This document shows, one piece after another, positions 1 to 10,611 of a DNA stretch of 64,000 bases. A program made the translations under genes and the position numbers. Each line of letters starts with the position of its first letter. The first letter of the stretch is position 1. Source of the stretch: Octopus vulgaris. Lineage: Eukaryota. The stretch is from NCBI GenBank assembly GCA_951406725.2, contig OX597820.1, positions 109,802,001-109,866,000 of the forward strand, given 5' to 3'. The notes below the pieces were generated by a model, which was not told the origin of the DNA, searched no databases, and worked only from the letters and a program-made list of their open reading frames with translations.

Positions 1-730
1 CAAGCTGTTCACAAAGATAATTCTGAACAGGTTGTCACGTCATCTCGATGAACAACAACTGAGGGAAAAAAGCCAGCTTCCAGAAAAATTACAGCACGAT
101 GGACTATATATTTACTCTAACACAACTGCTTGATTGAGCGAATGAGTACAAGCTGCCTCTTTGCATTGCGTTTGTAGACTATGAGAAGGCCTTCAACAAC
201 GTTGAAACCAATACAGTGCTGAACTCGCTGCAGAGGCAAAGAGTTGAGGCGCAATATGTGCAACTGCTTAGGGAGGCAAATTCTGGACGCATCACCAACA
301 TAGCTCTGCTGTCATCACCCGTATGAGTGCTGGTCAAAAAGGGAGTGAAGCAAGGAGATATGATCTCTCCAAAACTTTTCACCGCATGTCTCGAGCAGAT
401 CATCAGAGGCATTGATTGGCAAGGCGGTGTCAACATCAATGGTGAGCTACTCACCCACCTCTGTTTCGTTGATGACATCGTAATCATCGCTGAAACCATG
501 GATCAGCTTCAAATCATGCTGATGGAGCTCAGCAGTAGGTCTCAAGATGAACCGCATGCAAACAAAGTTCATGCGGTCAGACAACGTACCAACAGGTCAA
601 ATGGTGATCGGCAGTGATGAAATAGAGGAGGTAAAGGAATGTCTACCTGGGACAGGAAGTGACTATGTGCCGAGATGAGGAAAAGGAGATCTCACGGAGA
701 GTAAGGGCCAGATGGAAGGTGTTTAAATGG
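1..730 (+). mobile_element. Degenerate RTE-clade LINE reverse transcriptase fragment
   Basis: Reads KLFTKIILNRL...LPLCIAFVDYEKAFNNVE, GVKQGDMISPKLF and HLCFVDDIV, with stops and frameshifts; ends at (TA)n. Confidence 0.85.
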
Positions 731-764
731 ATGCCTGATGGACTTGTCAGTCAAGGTGATCAAG

Positions 765-824
<60 letters not shown>

Positions 825-852
825 TATATATGTATGCATATATATATATATA

Positions 853-1055
853 TTCTTTTACTTGTTTCAGTCATTTGACAATGGCCATACTGGAGCAGCA
901 CCTTTAGTTGAACAAATCAACTCCAGGACTTATTCTTTGTAACCCTAGTACTTATTCTATCAGTCTCTATTGCCAAACCACTAAGTTACAGGGACGTAAA
1001 CACACCAACATTGGATGTCAAGCAATAGTGGTGGGGGACAAACACAGACACACAA
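853..1055 (-). mobile_element. SINE, 3' half (family of 37710-38089)
   Basis: Reverse complement matches the 3' half of the full copy at 37710-38089 (atgactgaaacaagtaaaaga tail). Confidence 0.75.
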
Positions 1056-1087
1056 ATACATACATACATACATACATACACACATAC

Positions 1088-1179
<92 letters not shown>

Positions 1180-1205
1180 GCTTTGTATGATTGTGTATAG
1201 AGGGA

Positions 1206-1648
1206 TATATTATTCAAAGAAATTCCAACTCTGTTTTTTATGTTTTATTTATATTCTTTATAATATTAATGTAGAATATAGAATATATAGTATAAATAAT
1301 ATATATATATAATAAAATGAAATGAAGTATTGATTGTCTTATTGAATAGATGAAATACTGAATATTAAATATTAAGGGACTAGATAACTTTCTTGCATTT
1401 AAGCAGTCATCAAGGTCCCAGGTTGTGACAAGAGTGTCACAACCTGATACCTTGAAGGCTGCTATAATGCAAGAAAGTATACTAGTCCCCTCATATTTTA
1501 TATTCAATATTTCATCTATTCAATAAGACAATCAATACTTCATTTCCTTTTATTATATATATATTATTTATACTATATATTCTATATTCTACATTAATAT
1601 TATAAAGAATATAAATAAAACATAAAAAACAGAGTTGGAATTTCTTTG

Positions 1649-1655
<7 letters not shown>
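1206..1655. repeat. ~450-bp palindromic element (inverted pLTR-like arms) carrying two degenerate hammerhead motifs
   Basis: The arms are reverse complements around ggttgtgaca-agag-tgtcacaacc (~1430). Minus arm: gggac-CTTGATGA-ctgc..gcaa-GAAA-gttatc-TA-gtccc. Plus arm: GAAA-gtatac-TA-gtccc. Flanked by (TA)n. Confidence 0.85.
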
Positions 1656-1705
<50 letters not shown>

Positions 1706-1902
1706 ATATATGTATATATGCATATATACATACATATATGTACATACTTGCATATATATGCATATACATATGCATATATGGGTACAGGACGTCATAAAAT
1801 GTAAACAACATGAAATACGAAAACATTGGAATATGGATTTTTTTTGTGAACACTGAATGAAACAAATGGAAAACAAGACAAGTAACATAAAGAACAACCC
1901 TT

Positions 1903-2122
1903 GGCAGAAACTTTAGCATGCCAAGCGAAATGTGTAGCTGTATTTCGTCTGCTGTTACGTTCTGAGTTCAAATTCCGTCGAGGTCAACTTTACCTTTCAT
2001 CCTTTCAGGGTTGATAAATGAAGTACCAGTTACGCACTGGGGTCGATGTAATCGACTTAATCCGCTTCTCTGTCCTTGTTTGTCCCCTCTGTGTTTAGCC
2101 CCTTGTGGGTAGTAAAGAAATA
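1903..2122 (+). mobile_element. tRNA-derived SINE (second family)
   Basis: B-box-like gagttcaaattcc, followed by a central domain cctttcatcctttcagggttgataaatgaagtacc resembling widespread SINE core domains. Confidence 0.7.
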
Positions 2123-2597
2123 TATCTACTCCACATTTCGAGCAATTATGACAAGATGTGTCTTCAAGAAAACAGTTGCTCCCACAAAGCAAAATAAAAT
2201 TTGGGATTTGTGAAGGGTCAAAGCTGGTAACAAAAACAGGACAATGGAAACAAACAGTAAGGGCTGCAAAGCCATAACGAGGTGAGGTGGCGATCGCTGG
2301 AGGAACAAGCTTTGACAGGAGAAAAGATAGGAGAGGAGACAGACAAGAATGCGTGTGATCTGTGTGGCAGATCAAAAAGAAAGAAAGAAGCTCAAGTTAG
2401 GAAAAGAAAGATGGCTGATGATCACGTGTGAGCAACGAGGAAGAGTGAGAAAGAGAGAGGGACAGGTAGAGATTGGTGTAGGGGTATTCCGTATTTCATG
2501 TTGTTGACGTTTTATAACGTCCTGTACCCATATATAATATATATGTAAGTATGTACATATAAGTTTGTATATATATATGCATATATATATTATTTAT

Positions 2598-3100
2598 CTC
2601 TATATTATAATTCTGAAATGCGAACAGTTAGTTTGTTTATTTGTCTGGTTTTGGCATTGACAACGGCTTAAAGGCCACTAGATCCCGTCGGATTGACTCC
2701 AAAATTTACAGGGACATGTAAAATGAGGTGAGGATGCGAGTGGGCTAGGTTAGAAAGCCCCATCTTAAAAGGTGTCGTCGCTAGGGCCAAAAACGCACTT
2801 TGACAAGTCTACTCTCGTTCTTTTATGTATCTGTCTTACTCCGTCACACACTCTCTTACCTCCCTTCCCATCACTTTCTATATATAACGTCGTTTAACAG
2901 CGTCTATCTCCTTTACCTTCACTTTCTCTTTATGACATCGTCAAACAGCGTTCTATATCTCCCCCTCCCCGCCTTTGACAGCGCTTTCACACACTCTCTC
3001 TCTCTCTCTCTACGTCTGTCTGCATTCATAGACAGAATTATCATCGCCACTACCACCACCACACAATCATGAGAACAAATATTATGAATCAGATATTTAT
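2598..3100 (+). mobile_element. Probable non-autonomous Helitron, 5' portion
   Basis: Begins TC-tatattataa, followed by gtttgtttatttgtctg and aacggctta...ggattgactccaaaattt, like the 5' ends of Helitron-derived interspersed elements; no 3' end found nearby. Confidence 0.4.
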
Positions 3101-3359
3101 TGGGTTAATTTATATATGTGTGTGTGTGTTCTATATATAAATATGTATATTAAACTTTTTAATACTTTTTGATAGTTATATATATTTTTTTTTAAATTAT
3201 AAATATAAATTAATAATTTTAATTTTAAACTTAAATAATTTAAATTTTTTAATTTTATATTTTATATATTTTGTATATTATATATTTTTTTGTGTTTTCG
3301 TTTATGTTTTTCACTGTTTGATTTGCCTAATAGTGGTTTTATCTCTAATTTATATATAT

Positions 3360-5560
3360 CATCATCATTATCATCATCATTCAGCGTCTGTTTTCCATGC
3401 TAGCATGGGTTGGACGGTTCAACTGGGGTCTGTGAAGCCGGAAGGCTGCATCAGGCCCAGTCAGATCTGGCAGTGTTTATACGGCTGGATGCCCTTCCTA
3501 ATACCAACCACTCCGTGAGTGTAGTGGGTGCTTTTTACGTGCCACCCGCACAGGTGCCAGACGGAGCTGGCAAACGGCCATGAACGGATGGTGCTTTTAC
3601 ATGCCACCAGCACGTAATTTTGGTTCTGCTTTCTGATATCTGATTTGATTTGGTTTGATTTTCATTTTGATTTTGATTCTGACTGTTCTCACTGGTCTTG
3701 CCGGGTCTTCTCACGCACAGCATACTTCCATAGGTCTCGGTCTCTAGTCATTTCCTTGGTGAGACCTAAAGTTCGAAGGTCGTGCTTCGCCACCTCGTCC
3801 CAGGTTTTTCTGGGTCTACCTCTTCCACAGGTCCCCTCAACTGCCAGGGTGTGGCACTTTTTCACACACCTATCTTCATCCATTCTCGCCACATGACCAT
3901 ACCAGCGCAATCGTCTCTCTTGCACACAACAACTGATGCTTCTTAGGTCCAACTTTTCTCTCAAGGTACTTACACTCTGTCGATTATGAACACTGACATT
4001 ACACATCCATCAGAGCATACTAGCTTCATTTCTTGTGAGCTTACGCAAATCCTCAGCTGTCACAGCCCATGTTTCACTACCATGTAGCATGGCTGTACGT
4101 ACACATGCATCATACAGCCTGCCTTTTACTTTGAGCGAGAGGCCTTTTGTCACCAGCAGGAGTAAGAGCTCTCTAAACTTTGCCCAGGCTATTCTTACTC
4201 TAGCAGTTACACTTTCAGCACACCCGCCCCCGCTACTGACTTGGTCACCTAGGTAGCGGAAGCTATCAACTACTTCTAGTTTTTCTCCCTGGAATGTGGT
4301 AGAAGTTGGTCTCTGCATATTTTCAGAGTTTATTGCTCCTGAGCATCTGCCACAGATAAAAACTATTTTCCTAGTTAGTCTTCCTTTGACATTACTACAT
4401 CTCTTATGTGTCCATGGCTTACATTTGGTGCATCTTATAGAGTTTCTACCTACGCCTTTTCTACAGATCGAGCAGGGCCATCTACCTGAACGCGTTTGTG
4501 ATTGGTCTACCTTCCTACTTATTAGGACTTTGGTTTTGGCTAGGTTGATTCTAAGGCCCTTCGATTCTAAACCTTGCTCCCACACCTGAAACTTCTCCTC
4601 CAGTTCTGATAGAGACTCAGCATTTAGAGCAAGGTCATCAGCATAGAGGAGCTCCCAGGGGCATCCTGTCTTGAATTCCTCCGTTATTGCCTGGAGGACT
4701 ATGATAAATAGGAGGGGACTGAGGACCGAACCTTGGTGGACCCCAACCTCTACCCTGAATTCTTCACTGTACTCGATGCCAACCCTCACCTTACTAGCAG
4801 CGTCTCTGTACATGGCTTGTACAGCTCTCACTAACCATTCATCTATCCCTAGTTTCCTCATTGACCACCAGATAAGGGATCGGAGGACCCTGTCGAAGGC
4901 TTTCTTCATATCAACAAAAGCCAGGTATAGGGGCTTGTCTTTGGCTAGGTATTTCTCCTGCAGCTGTCTTACCAGGAAGATAGCATCAGTAGTACTTTTC
5001 CCTGGCACGAACCCAAACTGCATCTCATTTAAGCTAACTCTCTCTCTAATTAGTTGGGCTATAACCCTCTCCGTAACCTTCATTACCTGATCCTGCAGCT
5101 TGATACCCCTGTAGTTATTTGTATTTAGGGCGTCACCTTTACCTTTGTAGCAGTTGACTATTATGCTGCTACACCAGTCATTGGGTATGACTCCTTCGTG
5201 TATCACCTGGTTAACTATACGGGTGACTAGGCTATAGCCGACACTACCAAATATTTTGAGCATCTCTGCAGTAATTCCTGATGGGCCTGGGGCTTTCCCT
5301 GTTTTCATGCTTGTAATTGCCTTAACTACTAAGGAACTGTCAACTCGGATTGCTGGTCCCTCTGTTGGGTCAACATTCGGCAGGCTCCCTTTATCCCATT
5401 CATTTTCCTCATTCAGCAACCTTTCATAGTGGCGTCTCCAAACCTCTCTCTTTGCATCCTCATTTAGCGCAAGTGAGCCGTCATCCATGCGAACACATTT
5501 TTCTCCTACCACGTCACGATTCTCTCTCACACACTGTCTTACTATACGAAATACCTCAAG
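3360..5560 (-). mobile_element. 5'-truncated RTE-like LINE (RT + PHD finger + C-terminus + 3' UTR with (GAT)n tail)
   Basis: ORF 4010..5668 has RT motifs (QFGFVPGKSTTDAIF, LAFVDMKKAFDRV, GVHQGSVLSPLLF, LLYADD). ORF 3689..4006 is the C-terminus (RRLRWYGHVARM, GRGRPRKTW). The ORF N-terminus is microsatellite read-through. Confidence 0.95.
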
Positions 5561-5619
5561 TCTTTTATAAATATATAAATATATATATTTATAATTTGTA
5601 TACATTTGTATGTATAATG

Positions 5620-5701
<82 letters not shown>

Positions 5702-5934
5702 GTGTGCATTATGTGGTCGGTTGTGCTGAAAATATGCACACCTATGTTAAAAGTGCTGGCGAGTTTGCATGACAACTATTTTTTTCCTCAAATGAAAGGC
5801 GTGACCTCTAGGACAAAATTCCTCATCTTATAAAATGTGACCCGAGTAGACCCGAATGAAATCGGGTTATATTAACCAAAATGTGAAAAGAGGTCTAAAT
5901 GGGGCTTGAAGGGGATTAAAATTTACAGGAGCGG

Positions 5935-6230
5935 GTGTTTAGGAATTCTCTGATACATGAAGCTAAAAAATTTGCGCCAGCCTTTAAATCGTCAATGTGT
6001 TGCCGTCCATGATGAAGAAGTTTTGAATGCTTGCCATGGTGAGTCTACTGTCGTGAGAAAGAATCACTTCAAAGCTTGGTGTTTAGGAATTTTCTTTTAC
6101 ATCAAGTTCAAAATTTTATGCCAGCCGTTAAACTGTCACTATGTTACTGTCCGTCGTTAAGAAATGCCAGCCATGGTGACTCTACTATCCTCAGATTCTA
6201 TCCTTTCAAACTTTGGTTTCCAATATTTTT
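5935..6230. repeat. Two diverged tandem units of ~140 bp
   Basis: gtgtttaggaatt...gccagcc.ttaaa...tgccatggtgagtctact recurs at ~5935 and ~6079. Confidence 0.6.
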
Positions 6231-6512
6231 TTATTTTTATTCAGCTTGCAAGTTCGCCTGTCCCTTTTAAATGTTAGTGCTTTGCTTTCTGCCTTGAAGC
6301 AGACCATTCTGTTGTCACTGCCTGATATTTATGATTGATCTTTCAAACTACTTTCTTTCTCAACTTACTCAAGATCTTTTGTTGTTTATAAATGGGAGAG
6401 AGATAGATAGAGAAAGATAGAGAGTAAGAGAAAGCGAGGGAGAGTCCGAGAGAAAGGAAGAGTAAGAGAGTGGGAAAGGGAGAGAGAAAGGAGAGAGAAA
6501 CAAAGAGGGAGA

Positions 6513-6815
6513 ATCATCATCATCATTGTTTAACGTCCGTTTTCCATGTTAGCACGGGTTGGACGGTTTGACCGGGGTCTGGGAAGCCAGGAGGCTGCAC
6601 CAGGCTCCAGTCTGTTCTGGCAGTGTTTCTACAGCTGGATGCCCTTCCTAACGCCAACCACTCCGTGATTGTAGTGGGTGCTTTTTACGTGCCACGGGGG
6701 GAGGGGCACTGGCAGCAGCCACGATCGGTTGGTGCTTTTTACGTGCCACCAGCACAGAAGCCAGTCAAGGTGGCGCTGCCATCGGCCACGTTCGGATGGT
6801 GCTTTTTACGTGCCA
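6513..6815 (-). mobile_element. RTE-like 3' UTR fragment (same tail as 3360-3640)
   Basis: catcatcat tail, gctggatgcccttcctaacgccaacc and repeated ggtgctttttacgtgcc units. Confidence 0.8.
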
Positions 6816-6930
6816 AAAGGATGCAACAGAAAATAACAACCAGACTCTTACCCGTGCGTAGAGTGGGTCACCTTAAGCTAATATTATTATATTACTGAAT
6901 GCCATGCATCCATTTCCAAGTAAATTTATG

Positions 6931-7005
<75 letters not shown>

Positions 7006-7017
7006 GCATATATATAT

Positions 7018-7167
7018 ACGATGGGCTTCTTTCAGTTTCCATCAACCAAATCCACTCACAAGGCTTTGGTTGGTCCAAGGCTATAGTAAAAGACACATGC
7101 CCAAGGTGCCACACAGAACCATATGGTTGAGAAGCAAGCTTTTTACCACATAGCCAATCCAGTGCCT
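7018..7167 (-). mobile_element. SINE, 5' half
   Basis: Reverse complement of the 5' half of 37710-38089, with the B-box region deleted. Confidence 0.75.
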
Positions 7168-7175
7168 ATATATAT

Positions 7176-7214
<39 letters not shown>

Positions 7215-7509
7215 GATATATATGCATATATATATATATATGAAAATTGATTAAGGTTGAAAAATAACTAAAATTTGTCCTGTTTATAATTATACACTAT
7301 GTTACATATTTATTATATCATACCTTCATACTGTGTGGAATAAGATCCCCTTTGACAGGCCACTGGTATTCATAGAGTGTTGAGCACCTTCAGTATGCAA
7401 ATTAGGGACTCTTTCATTGAGTAACTGCAGCATTTGTTGAGTATATAAACAGTTTAGCTGCTTGTTTCTCTGGAGCTAAAATTTGCCCTGTTTATAATTA
7501 TACCATATG

Positions 7510-7545
<36 letters not shown>

Positions 7546-7590
7546 AATCAAGTCAAAATAGAAAATGCTAAAATAATTTTATAAAGAACA

Positions 7591-7634
7591 TTTCAGTACC
7601 GGTTTCGGTCATTTTGAGACCTTTTCAACTGTAA
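7591..7634 (-). ncRNA. Minimal type-I hammerhead ribozyme motif, U3-A8 core variant
   Basis: Minus strand: ttacag-TTGAAAA-ggtc(tcaaaat)gacc-GAAA-ccgg-TA-ctgaaa; stem III is the palindrome ACCGGT. Confidence 0.7.
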
Positions 7635-7855
7635 CGATTAAATAATTAAATTTAGAAAAATTAGAAGAAAAGTTTTTTTAAAGGAAATGATGATGATGAT
7701 ATATATATATATAAATAATCAAAGGTGCAGAAACAATGTACTCTGAATGAATTAAAAGGTACTGTAATCCTGGGGTAGAGTAAAAAATCCATGAATCAAG
7801 TACTCGAAAACAGTCAGAAGGATGAGTATGGTCCGTATGAGCATGCAGTAAATAC

Positions 7856-8170
7856 TCAATTCAAATAAACAAACAATTCAATAAATGAATAAAATATGAA
7901 AAAGAGAAAAACAATGAATATGAGGACAAGCACAAGAAGTGTGCTCGGTGAAAGGAGAGAGTTTAACTTTTCAATGGCAATCTCTTCTTCTCCATCTTTG
8001 AAATTTTCTCTTTCTCCTTTCTGATGAAGAACTATGCTCAAAACATTAAACACTCTCCTTTTACCAAGCATCAAGTTAATACACTTCTTGTGGACGTCCT
8101 CACATTTGTTGTTTTTCTTTTTCTTTCATTTTTTATTCATTTATTTGAATTGTTTGTTTATTTGAATTGA
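7856..8170. repeat. Inverted-repeat element with decayed HHR (8018-8050, +)
   Basis: Arms tcaattcaaataaacaaacaattcaa... / ...ttgaattgtttgtttatttgaattga; internal ttt-CTGATGAA-gaactatgctc-AAAA-catt-aaa. Related to 51350-51558. Confidence 0.7.
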
Positions 8171-8371
8171 TTACACACACACACATATGAGAGATTTAGA
8201 AATGCAATATTTCTATTTTCGAAATCAGTGAATGTATTTCACTTGAAATATATATGTTTTCAAAGGCGAATAAGCATCGATAGCTAGCAAGGTCAAGCTT
8301 TTTGTTGTTTTTTGAAGCATTCGAAGTGAAATTTTTTGTGCAAAGCCACTGTCATTGGGCGGAAGTGAATA

Positions 8372-9600
8372 ATGGAAAAAATAAAGAGTTACGCAGAAGC
8401 TACTGGAGGTTGAGATACCCTGGACCCAAAGTGGAATAAAGACAAGATAGCAAAATATTATGGCATGATAGAAAAAGAAGGTTCAAACATAAGAATGACC
8501 CTGCCTGTGGAGGAAAAAAGGAAAATGGAAAGCAGGACAGTGATATTCAGAACATTTTCGAATGAAAATAGGAGAATAGAACACGCGCCGCAGGAAGAGA
8601 TAGAGGAAATATTGAAGGAGCAAATAGGTGAAGAGATAACTTTCTTTACAAGAGGAAGGAAATATGCAACGATATAAGTTACTTTTGCATCAGAAGAGGA
8701 GGTGAAAATAAACGATAACAGGCTGATAATGGGAGAGAAATGGACGTTAATGCTGAACTGTTTAGGCAAAAGAATCGTCAGGGTCAGGGTGAGAAGACTC
8801 CCACCGTCGATAGACCCAGAATGGGTAATAGTCGCAATTTTTAATTCAGAGCTGGTGAAGGGAAGTGAAAACCTGGAGATTTGCATAGTAAGCAGAAATC
8901 AACAATTGAATTGATGGGGATATGGAATCGAAGTAATTTTCGTGGTAAGCCCAGAATATTATGATGAAATGGCGGAAACTGTGGAATTACCAAATGGTGA
9001 TAAACTGGAAGTAATGTTAGAGAGGGGAAACCCCTAAATGTGGTGGGAAAAAAAGCAGAAGCAGAGAACAGAATATGATGACAATTTGGCGGAGGTAAAA
9101 CCCAGAAAAAGAGGGAGAAGAAAGTCACTGACAACAGTGGAAGTGAAGAAATGTAAAGGAATGGAAGAAGAAACTCAACCCACAATGAGAAACAGAGAAA
9201 ATTTACCAGAGGAAGTACCAGCAAAGGAATTAAAAGGACAGAGTCATGCAGACCAGAAGGAAGACAACTCAGAAGAATGGAAACCTAAAAACATAGATAC
9301 ACAGACGAAACATGTAGAGTTACAGTCAAACAAACATACAGACACACAAAAACACGAACACACAGACTTAGAGGCGAAGATACAAGAACTCACAAAACAG
9401 CAGGAAAATAGAAACAAAAAGAGACAACATGAAAAACACAAATACAAGGTAAATTATAGTGAGATAGGATACCCCAACGTAAAGGAGTGTAAGAGTGAGA
9501 GACAGAAGAGGTAAGTCAATACAATTTTGTAAAGACTGTAACTCAGAAAATATTTATTTGAACTTTTAAGAAAAGAAAAGAAAAGAGGAAAAACAAGCTA
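8372..9600 (+). mobile_element. Degenerate ORF1/gag-like remnant, possibly of an L1/Tx1-type LINE
   Basis: Collinear broken ORFs 8465..8677, 8702..8914 (VRVRVRRLPPSIDPEWV) and 9038..9514 (K/E-rich); A-rich sense strand; no RT follows. Confidence 0.45.
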
Positions 9601-9643
9601 TTTTGCAAGTGTCAACTAAGTTTCCAAAATGTTTAAAAATTGA

Positions 9644-9702
<59 letters not shown>

Positions 9703-9795
9703 TCACACACCAGCATATATATATACACATGTATATGCATACATATATGCACACACATTCATGTGTAATGATCTTTTTATATATCTATCTATTTA

Positions 9796-9866
<71 letters not shown>

Positions 9867-10069
9867 GTTACAAACCTCATTGAGAGTTAGCAAAATCCTC
9901 TGAAAGTACTGGTTAGTTACCTATACAAAGAATATTGAACATAACAGTTAATACTCAACTGCATGGTAACTATATAAACTGTGGTTTTTGTATATTTATC
10001 TATTATATGATAAGAAAATTGAGAGGTAATTAATGAATTATTATTTATTGATTATAAATTGACAAACAT

Positions 10070-10153
10070 CCCTTACAGCTGTTTCAATTTAAGACCTTCA
10101 AAAAATTAATTAATAAAATTTTAAATTATTTGAAATTCGAATCTCATCAGAGT
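10070..10153 (-). ncRNA. Hammerhead motif with long AT-rich stem II
   Basis: Minus strand: act-CTGATGA-[~60 nt]-GAAA-cagctg-TA-aggg; stem III palindrome ACAGCTGT; stem I partly decayed. Confidence 0.55.
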
Positions 10154-10563
10154 TAGTTTAAGATATATAGAATAGGTGTTCAATTCCTGCATGTTGAATA
10201 AACAGCTGCAGACCATTAACTGATAAAACTTATACATATCGAGCATGGTATAGACCTTAGAAAGGGGAGGAAGGTTGTGTATATTTGAGTTGTAAAGTAA
10301 GAATAGATCAATATATTCCTCTAGAGTGTTTAGTATAAGAAAAACTCAAGTAGATATATTGCTAAAAATGTCATATATTTATTAATTACCTCTCTATTTT
10401 CTTATATATATATATATACACACACATATATATGTATATATATATGTGTGTGTAAAGATATATATATATAAACATATATATATATATATATGCATACATA
10501 TATATATGTATATATATATACATATATATACATACATATATGTGTGTGTGTATATATATACAC

Positions 10564-10611
<48 letters not shown>

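Noticed and set aside
2126-2192. HHR-like gagcaa/ttgctc-GAAA on the minus strand
   Set aside because: Core unrecognisable and no stem I or III.
4671-5090. Antisense ORFs over LINE/PLE coding regions (also 15583-16395, 55607-55918)
   Set aside because: Shadow frames of transposon ORFs.
6675-6815. CRISPR-like repeat-spacer pattern
   Set aside because: Part of a LINE 3' UTR in eukaryotic DNA; repeats are degenerate, spacers related, and there are no cas genes.
9873-9914. aacc..gag/ctc-t-GAAA-gtac-T-ggtt
   Set aside because: Possibly a decayed HHR, but the core (tcattga) is too divergent to call.
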